Source: Candidatus Hadarchaeota archaeon (GTDB lineage Archaea; Hadarchaeota; Hadarchaeia; Hadarchaeales; JAWBSP01). Taken from it: a stretch of DNA of 64,000 bases. Position numbers and translations under genes: made by a program. Where the stretch lies: assembly GCA_964474885.1 (NCBI GenBank), contig CAYYWO010000004.1, forward strand, positions 1 through 64,000, in the 5' to 3' direction. The notes under the pieces are model-generated. The model worked only from the letters and a program-made list of their open reading frames with translations, had not been told where the DNA came from and ran no database searches. Shown piece after piece: positions 14,295-24,553 of the stretch (its first letter is position 1; the number at the start of each line of letters is the position of its first letter).

Positions 14295-15037
14295 TCGGGT
14301 GGATGGGCATAAACCGACGGGTCCACAACTCCTGCCTGCTTGAACGCCAAGTACCTCCGGCGGCAGTTAGAACAAACGCCGCAGTGAACCGGGAGCCTCT
14401 CACCCTGGACCTCCCTCCACCCGGCCCCCGCGTAGCACGAGTAGGTGTACTTCCAAGGAACCCCTAGCCTCTCTCCCTCCCTCACCACAGCATCCTTGTC
14501 GTGCTTGATCAGGGGGGCGATGATTCTGTATCCCCCGTGGTGCGTGGCCTGCTCAGCCAGCCTGTTCATCTCCTCGAGGAACTCCGGTGTGTTATCCTTC
14601 ATCGGAACGGGCGTCTCCCTTCTTATCCCTATGTAAACATCGTACCTCTCTCCCGTGGAGATGTAGTAGGACTCGGCATGAGCGAGCCCGACTAAGAGCA
14701 GAATCGCATTCCTGCACGGATCCCACCACCTGAGTATCCTTTGTCTTGCCTTCTCAGGCACCCAAAGGTCCTCAGGCTTCGTCTCAGGGATGGGCGCATC
14801 TTTCTTTGTCAGTAGCGAGGTACTGATCTCGCCCAGCCACCTCAGGTCTATCTTCTTCATCCTGACCCCCAGCATTTCCGCCACCTTCCTTATACAGAAC
14901 TCCTCGTACTCGGCGGTGCGCTGCCCGTAATTGCAGAAGATCAACTCCATTTTTGGGGGCTGGAGGACTTTTTTGACATAATAAGCTGTGGTTACCGAGT
15001 CCACACCCCCCGAGATCATGCAAATTGCGTTTCGCAT
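14291..15037 (-). CDS. queC: 7-cyano-7-deazaguanine synthase (QueC-like)
   Basis: SGGVDS PP-loop, NYGQR, PCRNAIL, TYSCY, HCGVCSNC..R. Confidence 0.85.
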   Translation of the reverse strand: MRNAICMISGGVDSVTTAYYVKKVLQPPKMELIFCNYGQRTAEYEEFCIRKVAEMLGVRMKKIDLRWLGEISTSLLTKKDAPIPETKPEDLWVPEKARQRILRWWDPCRNAILLLVGLAHAESYYISTGERYDVYIGIRRETPVPMKDNTPEFLEEMNRLAEQATHHGGYRIIAPLIKHDKDAVVREGERLGVPWKYTYSCYAGAGWREVQGERLPVHCGVCSNCRRRYLAFKQAGVVDPSVYAHPPE

Positions 15038-15089
15038 TCCTAACTCCTTGCAGTTTTATAACGGCTTTAATGGAGTCGAGCAAGGATGA

Positions 15090-16091
15090 ATGGCAAAGAT
15101 ATATTCGGACACTGATGCTGACCTGGATCTCCTCAAGGGAAAAACGATTGCGGTCATGGGTTACGGAAACCAAGGAAGCGCTCAAGCCAACAACCTGAGA
15201 GACTCCGGCCTTAGGGTTGTGATAGGAGCTAGAGAGGGACCCTCCGCCAAGAGGGCTCGGGAGGACGGGTTCGAGGTGCTCAGCTTCTCGAAGGCTACGG
15301 AGGTAGGGGACATCATCCACATGCTGATACCCGATGAGTTCCAAGCGGACATCTACCATGCTCATATCGGGCCGAGACTCAAGGCTGGAAAGACCCTCTG
15401 CTTCAGTCACGCCTTTAACATTCACTTCAAGTGGATCGTCCCGCCCTCCGACGTGGACGTCATAATGGTAGCACCCAAGGCACCTGGAGCCCTTTTGAGG
15501 CGCATGTTTCAAGCGGGCTCGGGGGTCCCTGGCCTGATTGCCGTTTACCAAGATGTGAGCGGGAGAGCGAAAGATGTTGCCCTAGCTCTAGCCAAAGGGA
15601 TCGGCCTGACACGCATAGGTGTTGTGGAGACGACCTTCAAAGAGGAGGTAGAGACGGACTTGTTCGGGGAACAGGTGGTGCTGGTTGGCGGGGTGTCAGA
15701 ACTCATCAAAGCCGGCTTCGAGACGCTAGTTGAGGCTGGGTACCAGCCGGAGATAGCCTATTTTGAGTGTTTGAATGAGCTCAAGCTGATAGTGGATCTG
15801 ATATATGAGCGCGGACTCCAAGGCATGTTCTCTGCGGTTTCGAATACCGCTGAATTCGGAGGATATACGAGGGGACCTCGAATCATCGACAAAAGAGTCC
15901 GGGAAAGGATGAGGGAAATCCTAGCGGAGATCCAGAATGGGAAGTTTGCCGAGGAATGGAAGAGGGAAAAAGAGAACGGTTTTCCCACCCTGAAGCGGGA
16001 AAGAGAAAAGCTGGCCCAGCTTTTGATCGAAAGGGTAGGAAAAGAGCTCCGGAAGTGGGCGGGCATAGAGAAGACAACTGCCCCACCCTGA
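15090..16091 (+). CDS. ilvC: ketol-acid reductoisomerase
   Basis: [47 protein letters not shown]. Confidence 0.97.
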   Translation: MAKIYSDTDADLDLLKGKTIAVMGYGNQGSAQANNLRDSGLRVVIGAREGPSAKRAREDGFEVLSFSKATEVGDIIHMLIPDEFQADIYHAHIGPRLKAGKTLCFSHAFNIHFKWIVPPSDVDVIMVAPKAPGALLRRMFQAGSGVPGLIAVYQDVSGRAKDVALALAKGIGLTRIGVVETTFKEEVETDLFGEQVVLVGGVSELIKAGFETLVEAGYQPEIAYFECLNELKLIVDLIYERGLQGMFSAVSNTAEFGGYTRGPRIIDKRVRERMREILAEIQNGKFAEEWKREKENGFPTLKREREKLAQLLIERVGKELRKWAGIEKTTAPP

Positions 16092-16369
16092 TGAATGGGT
16101 TGGGACAGTCATCACACCCAAAGACACACTCTAGTGAGTGATTGGCGGGCGGTTTCTTCCAGAGCATAAAATACTGTTAACACCTTGCCAGAAATATCCT
16201 GAACGTAGAGCCAAATTTTTTGCGAGTCACGGAATGATTTCGACAACGGTTCTCAAAAATCTGTAAGTACGGAAATGCTGAGCGAGAACTACTCAGTCCC
16301 CACCTGCCTAGCCAGACAAGAAACCGAAACGCTTCTTGATCCTCAGATCGCTGAATTCATGATCTTGTA

Positions 16370-16672
16370 CTACTCGTCAGTAGGCCTCACCGACCTAGAG
16401 ATTTTTTTCATAGAAGATGACCTCGTTGACCTAGAAGTTCTAACAGACGGGTACTTCGGCTTAACGTGCTGGATCACCCTCATGATGAACTTTTTGAAGG
16501 GCTTGATAGCATTTGAGTACTCTGGACCCAGAGACATCTCCTCCCTCAACACATTTGCCATAGCTTCCGCTGCCGTTCTTGAAACCGCCCAAGCTATGAG
16601 GCAGACCCGACTCTTAGATCCTTTATTAACCTTTGCGCATTCCTCTCGGATTGGACACTCCTTGCAATTCAC
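16370..16672 (-). CDS. hypothetical protein with N-terminal Cys cluster
   Basis: MNCKECPIREEC...C; follows the Lrp gene after a 6-bp gap with an AGGAG-like RBS. Confidence 0.5.
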   Translation of the reverse strand: MNCKECPIREECAKVNKGSKSRVCLIAWAVSRTAAEAMANVLREEMSLGPEYSNAIKPFKKFIMRVIQHVKPKYPSVRTSRSTRSSSMKKISRSVRPTDE

Positions 16673-16678
16673 TCAAAA

Positions 16679-17155
16679 CTACATTTCTTCTTTTAAGGAG
16701 GGGCGTTCAACGCCGAAGAAGGGGGCGGCGGGATCGTCCTTCACAGTCTCACGTACGACCAGCGTACTCGTCTCTTTTACGCCCACTACCTTGTGAATGC
16801 GCTTGATCAACCTAGACAGCTCGGCATGATCCCGGGCCATCACTTCGAGTATCGCATCTTGGTGGCCCAGCAAATAGTGAAACTCCTGGACGTTGGGGAT
16901 CTTTTTCACGAGTCTTTCGCACTTCCGCCTGACATCCCCCTTTGGGCTGATCCTGAGGAGGATGTACGCCTTCAAGTTGAGGCCGAAGTCCTTGGGATCC
17001 GGTTTGATCGTGAACCACAGGCCACTCATCCTCATCCTAGCTATCCTTTTCGCCACGGTTTGTCTGGTTGTGGACGTCTTTCTAGCTAACTCTATCAAGG
17101 ACTGCCGACTGTCCCTCATGAGCTCCAACATGATTTTTCTGTCCAGTTCGTCCAT
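16679..17155 (-). CDS. Lrp/AsnC family transcriptional regulator
   Basis: MDELDRKIMLELMRDSRQSLIELA HTH; C-terminal RAM domain (IPNVQEFHYLLGHQD...GVKETST). Confidence 0.92.
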   Translation of the reverse strand: MDELDRKIMLELMRDSRQSLIELARKTSTTRQTVAKRIARMRMSGLWFTIKPDPKDFGLNLKAYILLRISPKGDVRRKCERLVKKIPNVQEFHYLLGHQDAILEVMARDHAELSRLIKRIHKVVGVKETSTLVVRETVKDDPAAPFFGVERPSLKEEM

Positions 17156-17211
17156 TAACTTTTTGTTAATCCAAGACATTTTTAAGTGGACAATTGCCAA
17201 ATTTTAAGAAA

Positions 17212-19089
17212 ATGTCCGATCACTTGGAGATACTCCGGCAGAGACTGGCTAAGAACGAGCTGGAGAAGATACTTAAGATCTCCTCGACCGAGATCCACAA
17301 ATTCGTGGCGGATGCCATCGAACTCTGCAACCCAGACGACGTTTTTATTTGCAGCGACACTCCAGATGAGATAGCGCACATAAAGCACATGGCGATCGCA
17401 AGCGGGGAAGAGAGTGCCGCTCTGGAAACCCCTGGTCACACTTACCACTTCGATGGTTACTTCGATCAGGCGAGGGATAGAAAGGTCACGAGATTTCTCG
17501 TCCCCAAGGGTGAGTCGCTAGGGATCGCCCTCAACCAGATCGACAGGGATGAGGGGTTGAGGGAAATCAGGGAGTTACTGCGGAACTCCATGCAGGGAAA
17601 AACCATGATCGTCAGGTTTCTGTGTTTGGGCCCCCTCAATTCCATCTTCACCATTCCATGCATGGAGTGTACTGACTCATGGTACGTAGCACACTCGGTG
17701 AGCCTGCTCTATCGCCCGGGCTACAGGTACTTCGTCAGTTCGAACATGAAGGAGGTGTTTAAGACCCTCCACTCGGCCGGTGAGCTGGATGAAAGGAAAT
17801 GTAGCCGGAACTACCAGAAAAAGCGCATTTACATCGACTACATAACGAATACCGTCTATAGCGTGAACACCCAGTATGCTGGGAATTCGGTGGGATTCAA
17901 AAAGCTCGCCTTGAGGCTGGCCATCAGGAAGGCACACCGCGAGGGATGGCTCGCGGAGCACTTCATGATAGTGGGAGTGAAGGGGCCGGGGGGCAGGAAA
18001 ACGTACCTCGCCGGGGCGTTCCCGAGCGGGTGCGGGAAGACGTCCACCGCCATGCTACCGGGTGAGACCATACTTTCCGATGACCTAGCCTACGTCAGGA
18101 ACATCGATGGGGTGTGCAGAGCTGTGAACGTGGAGGCGGGCATCCTAGGGATAATCCAGAACATAAACCCTGAGGATGATCCCCTGATCTACAAGGTGCT
18201 GACCAGTCCGGGGGAGATAATCTTTACGAACGTTCTGATCAAGGATGCAAAACCCTGGTGGACAGGAATGGGCAAGGAGCTGCCCAAATCAGGCATCAAC
18301 TTCTCTGGGGAGTGGTTCGAGGGGAAGATAGGGCCGGATGGGAAGAAAGTGCCCCCATCTCATCCGAACGCAAGGTACACCGTGTCCCTCAAGATGCTAC
18401 CAAACTGCGACCCCGAGCTGGAGAACCCCCAAGGGGTGGAGCTGAAGGGGATAATGTTCGGAGGGAGGGACTACAGGGCCAACGTCCCTGTCCAGCAGGC
18501 CTTTGACTGGGATCACGGGGTGGTCACCTTCGGGGCCTGCCTGGAGACCGAGACTACCTTCGCCATAACCGAGGCGCCCAAATTCGAGATAAACGTCATG
18601 AGCATCCAGGACTTCCTCTCCATCCCACTCGGGCAGTACATCCAGAATTACCTGGACTTCGGGAGGAGGCTCAAGAAAAAGCCGTTGATCTTCGGTGTAA
18701 ACTACTTCCTCAAGGATCTGAAGACGGGGGAGTTCCTAAACCACCGCATGGACAAACACGTGTGGGTGAAGTGGATGGAGCTCAGGATCCACGGCGAGGC
18801 TGGAGCCCGGCGGATACCCACCGGACTGATCCCCGAGTTTGAGGACCTGAGGAGGCTTTTCGGGGAGGTAAGGCACAGGAGTTACAGTGAAGAGGAGTAC
18901 GAGAAACAGTTCACCGTGAGGGTACCCGAGCTGCTGAGCAAGGTTGAGCGCTGCCTAAGCTTCTGGAAGAAAGTCCCGGATGCTCCCCCTAGGGTCTTCG
19001 AGGTGCTCGAGGAACAGAGGAGCAGGCTCCTGCGGACGAGGGAGGAGTTCGGCGAGTACATATCTCCTAGCCGCTTCCCAAGCGCTTAG
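17212..19089 (+). CDS. pckG: phosphoenolpyruvate carboxykinase (GTP)
   Basis: YAGNSVG.KKLALR, WLAEHF, AFPSGCGKT, SDDLAY, HPNARY, FGGRD. Confidence 0.95.
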   Translation: MSDHLEILRQRLAKNELEKILKISSTEIHKFVADAIELCNPDDVFICSDTPDEIAHIKHMAIASGEESAALETPGHTYHFDGYFDQARDRKVTRFLVPKGESLGIALNQIDRDEGLREIRELLRNSMQGKTMIVRFLCLGPLNSIFTIPCMECTDSWYVAHSVSLLYRPGYRYFVSSNMKEVFKTLHSAGELDERKCSRNYQKKRIYIDYITNTVYSVNTQYAGNSVGFKKLALRLAIRKAHREGWLAEHFMIVGVKGPGGRKTYLAGAFPSGCGKTSTAMLPGETILSDDLAYVRNIDGVCRAVNVEAGILGIIQNINPEDDPLIYKVLTSPGEIIFTNVLIKDAKPWWTGMGKELPKSGINFSGEWFEGKIGPDGKKVPPSHPNARYTVSLKMLPNCDPELENPQGVELKGIMFGGRDYRANVPVQQAFDWDHGVVTFGACLETETTFAITEAPKFEINVMSIQDFLSIPLGQYIQNYLDFGRRLKKKPLIFGVNYFLKDLKTGEFLNHRMDKHVWVKWMELRIHGEAGARRIPTGLIPEFEDLRRLFGEVRHRSYSEEEYEKQFTVRVPELLSKVERCLSFWKKVPDAPPRVFEVLEEQRSRLLRTREEFGEYISPSRFPSA

Positions 19090-19976
19090 GAGACTTTCAG
19101 GATCTCTTCAGCAATCCTGATCGCGTGAACGGTCTCCCTGACATCGTGAGTCCTGATGACGTGGGCACCGTTCGCAACCGCAAGCACTGTGGCGGCTATG
19201 GAGCCTGCCAGCCTATCGGCTGGATCCGGCAGGTTCAGAATCCGACCGATGAAGGACTTCCTAGAGACCCCCACGCAGATGGGTCTGCCCAGCTCCCTAA
19301 GGCAGCCAAGTTTCGCCAGGATCACGACATCCCTCTCGTACCAGTCCCCCTTCAGTACGTCCTGCCCTGCAGAGGTAAGCGGCCCGACGCTGAAGCCTAT
19401 CCCCGGGTCCACGACTATCCTAGACTCCTGAAGGCCCCCCCGCCTGGCTATCTCCAAGCTCTCGCGGAGGCACTCCAGCACCCCCTGGATGGATGCGATC
19501 CTCTCACCGCCCTTCTGCCTTGCCAAGAGCAACTCCCCAGGACGGACCCAGGAAGCCATGACAATGGCCGATGCACCGTGGCGGGATATCACGCGGGCCA
19601 TCTCAGGGCTAGCCTTCAGCCCGCTCACATCGTTTACTATTTCGGCTCCCTGACCCAGTGCGGCTTCCGCCACCTCCGCCCGCTGGGTATCCACCGAAAT
19701 GGGTACACCTATACTCTCCAGCTCCTTCAGGGCGGGCATCAAACGCTTCAGCTCCTGCTGGGCCGAGATCTGTCTGGCTCCGGGCCTTGTGGAAAAGGCC
19801 CCGACGTCTATTATGTCGGCACCCTCCTCGATCATGCGTTCCGCCCTCTTTCTCACGTCCCCCGGCTTCCTCACGGAGCCCGGATAGAAGGAATCTGGAC
19901 TCAGGTTTATCACACCCATCACTGCAACAGGCCTTCCTTCCCCTACCTCCAGAGACCCCAAGCGAGCCCTGATCAT
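19086..19976 (-). CDS. folP: dihydropteroate synthase
   Basis: MGVINLSPDSF, DVGAFSTRPG, ISVDT, VNDVSG, DPGIGF, GVSRKSFIG, IRTHDV; start could be 20015. Confidence 0.93.
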   Translation of the reverse strand: MIRARLGSLEVGEGRPVAVMGVINLSPDSFYPGSVRKPGDVRKRAERMIEEGADIIDVGAFSTRPGARQISAQQELKRLMPALKELESIGVPISVDTQRAEVAEAALGQGAEIVNDVSGLKASPEMARVISRHGASAIVMASWVRPGELLLARQKGGERIASIQGVLECLRESLEIARRGGLQESRIVVDPGIGFSVGPLTSAGQDVLKGDWYERDVVILAKLGCLRELGRPICVGVSRKSFIGRILNLPDPADRLAGSIAATVLAVANGAHVIRTHDVRETVHAIRIAEEILKVS

Positions 19977-20068
19977 GACAATTGTTTCGTTCTCTTCTCC
20001 CGATTGGATTCCCATTCTCCTGCTTCCATGAGCAATTAGGTTTTCGGTTAAATGACTGTCACCCTAAG

Positions 20069-20139
20069 GAAGTGTTGATAAGTAAACTTCGTATAACTGT
20101 TGATAAAGATGCCGAGGTTTTGTAACAGATGAACACTTT
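20069..20139. repeat. paired-palindrome element, copy 2 (degenerate)
   Basis: GAAGTGTTGATAAGTAAACTTC gtat AACTGTTGATAAAGATG...GGTTTTGTAACAGATGAACACTTT. Confidence 0.75.
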
Positions 20140-20143
20140 GCCT

Positions 20144-21751
20144 TCACGCTTCCCCGAGCGTGAGCTCGAATGCGGCGACTGGATGCCTCAATTCAAAATT
20201 TTGGAGGACCAGGGGGTGCACCTCCCCATAAAGCCCGATCGTCCTTCCCTCGGATTGAACCTCCACCACCCTGCCCTCCATGAAGCTGGGGTGGCTGCCC
20301 TCCCTGTGCACCGCGTGAAAGCGTAGCTCTCTCAAAACCGCCTCCACCACTGCTTTGATCTGCGTGAAGTTCCCGCCCACCCACGCGGCGGCAAGCTTCC
20401 TGTACGTGGCTACAGTCTCTCCCTTAAGCTGGGGGATCACCACATCACCCACCTCGAAGAACTTTTGAGGCAACTCATAGATCCTGTTTCTCGCACAGGT
20501 CTGCATGAGGGAAGGTAGAAGCCAAGTTCTCAGGATGGTGAATTCCTCCGACACCGGGTTGGCCACCTCGACCGCTTCCCCCCGGACGAGCATTTGCTCG
20601 AAGTTCACCCTTGGATTCGTCAGGATGTAGTTCATCACCTGGGTAAAACCCAGGCCCAGCATAACCAGCCTAGCCTTCCTCGAGACTTCTTCCAAGGGGT
20701 GCGTGCCCCCGACGGTGGCCACCCTCGGTTGGACGGGTTCAATCCTGTCGTAGCCGTAGCCTATCGCCAGCTCCTCTATGAGGTCCACCTCGTGCATCAG
20801 ATCCACACGGTAGGGAGGAGCCAGCACTCGATCCCCGCGCGGCTCGAACCTCATTCGCCTTAGTATCTTCCGGGCTTCCTTAGGGGTCAGTCTGATACCC
20901 AAGTACTTGCAGGCCCTCCTCAGATCGAACTTCATCGGAGAGGGTGTCAAGCTCAAGCGCCTCACCCTGGGGACGATCTTGACCTCTTCTAAGGTGAAGC
21001 CCCGCTCCGCCAAAGCACACATAAGTATCTTTAGGGTGTTCACGACCACCCTCTCATCCGTACCGGTTACGTCGATGAAGAGGTTCCTCGTTCGGACAGT
21101 GACCTTGGTGTCCTCGCTGTTGACGATGGGGGGCATAGAAAGCACCGTGCCCCTCGAATCCACGAGGATGGGATACCTGTCCTTCCCCTCGAGCAGGTGC
21201 GCGAACTCTGCTCCCTTTGGATGCTTCCTGAGGATCTCATCCAGGGACATCCTCTCTGACATGCCAAGGGGAACAAAGCTCACCTGATCGGGCTGGACTG
21301 CTCTGTAATAAATGGGGGGCGTGATAGTATCGAGGTCATAAACCCCTATCGATGCTTTCCTTCTCCGCCTGCAGTAGGTCTCGTGTAGCTTTTCTTGCGC
21401 CTGCATGAGGGAGATCAGACTCTCCTCGGTGAGGTTGACCCTCCTCACCACGCAGGCTCGGATGAAGGGCCTGACCTGCCTGACCGACTCCTCCACCTGC
21501 AGCTCGATCCTAGGCTTCCTCACCCTGTACCTTCGCAGGCCTGTTTGGACACCCAGCATGCCCTTCACGAGCCTAGCCACTCCCTCGATGGTGAGCAGGT
21601 CTGGACGGTTGTGGGGCACCTCCACCCTCAGCTCCTGCCCGACGATTTCCGCCTCCATGCCTGCTTGGTCAAGTACCCGGATGACGCTTGTGACATCTCG
21701 CCTCCCGACCAGCTGCCCGAAGTCGCTCAAGTTTAGATTGACCACCGGCAT
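20144..21751 (-). CDS. pheT: phenylalanyl-tRNA synthetase beta subunit
   Basis: NRPDLL, QEKLH, SMPPIVNS, PPYRVDLMHEVDLIEE, LRTWLLPSL, GEVHP. Confidence 0.96.
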   Translation of the reverse strand: MPVVNLNLSDFGQLVGRRDVTSVIRVLDQAGMEAEIVGQELRVEVPHNRPDLLTIEGVARLVKGMLGVQTGLRRYRVRKPRIELQVEESVRQVRPFIRACVVRRVNLTEESLISLMQAQEKLHETYCRRRRKASIGVYDLDTITPPIYYRAVQPDQVSFVPLGMSERMSLDEILRKHPKGAEFAHLLEGKDRYPILVDSRGTVLSMPPIVNSEDTKVTVRTRNLFIDVTGTDERVVVNTLKILMCALAERGFTLEEVKIVPRVRRLSLTPSPMKFDLRRACKYLGIRLTPKEARKILRRMRFEPRGDRVLAPPYRVDLMHEVDLIEELAIGYGYDRIEPVQPRVATVGGTHPLEEVSRKARLVMLGLGFTQVMNYILTNPRVNFEQMLVRGEAVEVANPVSEEFTILRTWLLPSLMQTCARNRIYELPQKFFEVGDVVIPQLKGETVATYRKLAAAWVGGNFTQIKAVVEAVLRELRFHAVHREGSHPSFMEGRVVEVQSEGRTIGLYGEVHPLVLQNFELRHPVAAFELTLGEA

Positions 21752-23214
21752 TATCCGCTCCTCAGCCAGTTTAGATCATTGGAGAAAAGCATGCGGATGT
21801 CGTCCACGCCCAGCCTTAGCATTATGAGGCGGGAAAGACCTATCCCCCAAGCTAGGACGGGCTGCCTTATCCCTAGGGGGAGCAACAGTTCGGGTCTGAA
21901 CATCCCCGCCCCCAGGACCTCAACCCACTCTCCCCTTGCTTCATGATAAACGAGCGCCTCGGCTGAGGGCTCAGTGTAGGGGAAGTACGAGGGGCGGAAC
22001 CTTACCCGCTCGAAACCCAGCTTCCGGAGAATCTCCTTCAGGTACCCGAACATGTCCCTAAGAGTCAGACCCTCTTGCATGACTATCCCCTCGCACTGGT
22101 AAAACTCAGCTAGGTGCTTGTAGTCTATTTTGTCGTGTCTGAAGACTCTGCCTATGCTGAAGATTTTGACGGGGGGTGCAGGCCTGCCCGAGAGATACCT
22201 AACCGTCGCGGCGGTCGTCTGGGAGCACAGGAGAAGCCTCCTGCTGATGTTGAAATCGAAACGATACCCCCAGCCTCTCGAGCCCCCCACTCCCCGCTCG
22301 TGAGCGACCGCCACCTTTCTCGCGAGCTCCTCAGGGATCTCTCCCAAGGATGGTTTCTTCAGGGTCAGACTGTCGTGGATCTCCCTAGCGGGGTGATCCT
22401 GGGCTTGGAAGAGGGCGTCGAAGTTCCAGAACTCTGTTTCCACGATGCGGCTCGGGATCTCTTGAAAACCCAAACTAATCAGTACTTCCCTCACCTCGTC
22501 TATAACCCTTTGCTGCGGATGCAGTCTAGCGGGATAAACTGGGGAAACAGGAGCGAGCACGTTGTAGCGCTTGAACTTCACTTCCCTCCACTTTCCGCTG
22601 ACGAGCAATTCTGTCGTCAGCTCGGAGACCTCCTCCTCGGGTGGCGGGACCTCTGTTTTCTTCCCCAGCTCGGTGAGTGAGACGTGACGCGAGACTCTTT
22701 TTTCCAAGTGCACCAGGCCACGTCTGCACAAAACCTGTAACTCGGGATCCACTCGCTCAATCACCTGCCCCTTGCTCGCCCTCCTGAGCCAGGCCTCCTC
22801 GGGCCACGTCTCGTCCCTGAGCCTCAGGCCCTCCTCAGTTGGTCTCAAAAGGTTGTTCTCTATTTTGACGAGCTTCTTCCGCCTCAGCCAGCCTAAGGCT
22901 ATCCGCATTTCCTGATCACTCAGCCGTGCCTTCCTCTTCGCTTCATCTAGGGGCATCTCCTTCTCGAGCACCCTGAGCAAGCACTTCTCGGGCAAGCCTT
23001 GCTGGAGGTATTTCAGACCTTCCTCCGACAGAGATAGGTGATACTTGGTCTCCTCGGAGACCCTCACAAGGCCTGCCTCCTTCAAGGCCAGAATCCCCCT
23101 CATGACGGCTGCCTGGTCCATTTGGGCGAGCTGCGCCAGCTGCTCAACCGTCCCCTCCCCGCACTCCTTCAGCTTGAGCAGGACCACCCGGGACTCCCTG
23201 TTCAGGTCAGACAT
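21751..23214 (-). CDS. pheS: phenylalanyl-tRNA synthetase alpha subunit
   Basis: WNFDALFQAQDHPAR, HLAEFYQCEG, YFPYTEPS, GAGMFRPE, AWGIGL.R. Confidence 0.97.
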   Translation of the reverse strand: MSDLNRESRVVLLKLKECGEGTVEQLAQLAQMDQAAVMRGILALKEAGLVRVSEETKYHLSLSEEGLKYLQQGLPEKCLLRVLEKEMPLDEAKRKARLSDQEMRIALGWLRRKKLVKIENNLLRPTEEGLRLRDETWPEEAWLRRASKGQVIERVDPELQVLCRRGLVHLEKRVSRHVSLTELGKKTEVPPPEEEVSELTTELLVSGKWREVKFKRYNVLAPVSPVYPARLHPQQRVIDEVREVLISLGFQEIPSRIVETEFWNFDALFQAQDHPAREIHDSLTLKKPSLGEIPEELARKVAVAHERGVGGSRGWGYRFDFNISRRLLLCSQTTAATVRYLSGRPAPPVKIFSIGRVFRHDKIDYKHLAEFYQCEGIVMQEGLTLRDMFGYLKEILRKLGFERVRFRPSYFPYTEPSAEALVYHEARGEWVEVLGAGMFRPELLLPLGIRQPVLAWGIGLSRLIMLRLGVDDIRMLFSNDLNWLRSG

Positions 23215-24194
23215 TACCTCTTATTTTCCCGCTTTTTGAAATGCTCGTAGCCGAGCTCTGGAAGTGGCTTGAGTCTGTCATCGACTTTCAAGAAGACCCC
23301 CTTCCCCTTCTCAATCTTGCCCACTCTGATCATCGAACAACCTACCTCTCGTAGCGCGCGCTCGAGCTTCCGCTCAATCTTCCGCGGGTAAGTGAAGACT
23401 AGCTCGTAGTCATCGCCGCCGAAGAGGGCAAAGTCCATGGGGTCCTTCCCCACAGCCTCCGCGTACTCCCTGGCAAGTCCGTGGACAGGTACCCTCTCCA
23501 GCAGGATTCTCACCCCGCTTGCCCGGGCGAGCTGCCGGAGATCCGTCACCAATCCATCTGAGACATCGATAGCTGCGGAAGCCCCAGCCCGGGCGAGAAC
23601 CTCACCTTCTCGCACCCTCGCCTTGGGCCTCAGGAAGGTGCGAACCAGCTTGGACCATCTCCCGGACTCTCCATGCCCAAGGGCGTGCAGACCGGCGGAG
23701 GCAGCCCCAACCGGACCCGTTAGCCCAATGTATTCCCCCGGTTTGGCACCGCTTCTGGTGAGCACCCTGTCTGCATAGCCCACAGCAAAACCCGATATGC
23801 AGAGGGTCCCGTGCTCAGCCAAGTCCCCGCCTACCACCGGGGCATCGAAGACCCTGCCCGCCTGCTGGATGCCTTTGAACAGCTTCCTGAAGAATTCTAG
23901 CTCCGTGCTGGCCGGCATGAGGACGCAAAACAGCAGCGCTGAGGGATGTGCACCCATAGCCGCTAGATCGCTCAGGCTCGCCACCGCCGCCCTCCACCCG
24001 ATGTCCTCAGGGGAGATGCCAGAGGGGAAGTGGACGCCCTCGACCAAGGAGTCTGAAGTAACCACAGTTAGCCTCCCCTGGTTCTTAACCGCGGCTGCAT
24101 CATCCCCCACACCGACCTCGACCCGGGGATGGCCCCAGCTTGCCCTTCTGATGATGTCTATCAGCTTCCTCTCCCCGATATCTCTCAGCCTCAT
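23214..24194 (-). CDS. thiL: thiamine-monophosphate kinase
   Basis: GDDAA, EGVHF, SDLAAMGA, VGGD, IDVSDGL, GGDDYEL. Confidence 0.95.
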   Translation of the reverse strand: MRLRDIGERKLIDIIRRASWGHPRVEVGVGDDAAAVKNQGRLTVVTSDSLVEGVHFPSGISPEDIGWRAAVASLSDLAAMGAHPSALLFCVLMPASTELEFFRKLFKGIQQAGRVFDAPVVGGDLAEHGTLCISGFAVGYADRVLTRSGAKPGEYIGLTGPVGAASAGLHALGHGESGRWSKLVRTFLRPKARVREGEVLARAGASAAIDVSDGLVTDLRQLARASGVRILLERVPVHGLAREYAEAVGKDPMDFALFGGDDYELVFTYPRKIERKLERALREVGCSMIRVGKIEKGKGVFLKVDDRLKPLPELGYEHFKKRENKR

Positions 24195-24553
24195 TTATAG
24201 AGGGGGAGGTGACCCGTCACCCTATCTATCCGTTCCGAGTAGTCCGGCCCTATAGCCAGGACCGTCACCGTACCGGGCGGCAGCTCTGTCAGTCCGGCAT
24301 CGACCACCAGGCTCGCCTCCAAACCTTCCCGTTCAGCCCTCTCCTTCAGCCCCTTAAGTTCCTCCTCATCCTCCGCGAGTAGGACTACCTTCTTCTGTCC
24401 CTCCGCCAGCCAGCCCCTATAAATCTCAGGTTTCCTCTTGCGGGTATTCTCCGCCGCTGTGACCGCTCCGTGCGCCACTTGGGCCGCCAGCTTTCCCGGG
24501 CTCATCTTTAAATCGCCCCTTACTACCAAGACCTGCTTAAACTTGAACCTCAT
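24191..24553 (-). CDS. pth2: peptidyl-tRNA hydrolase (Pth2)
   Basis: KQVLVVRGDLKMSPGKLAAQVAH, GQKKVVL, DAGLTELPPGTVT. Confidence 0.96.
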   Translation of the reverse strand: MRFKFKQVLVVRGDLKMSPGKLAAQVAHGAVTAAENTRKRKPEIYRGWLAEGQKKVVLLAEDEEELKGLKERAEREGLEASLVVDAGLTELPPGTVTVLAIGPDYSERIDRVTGHLPLYK

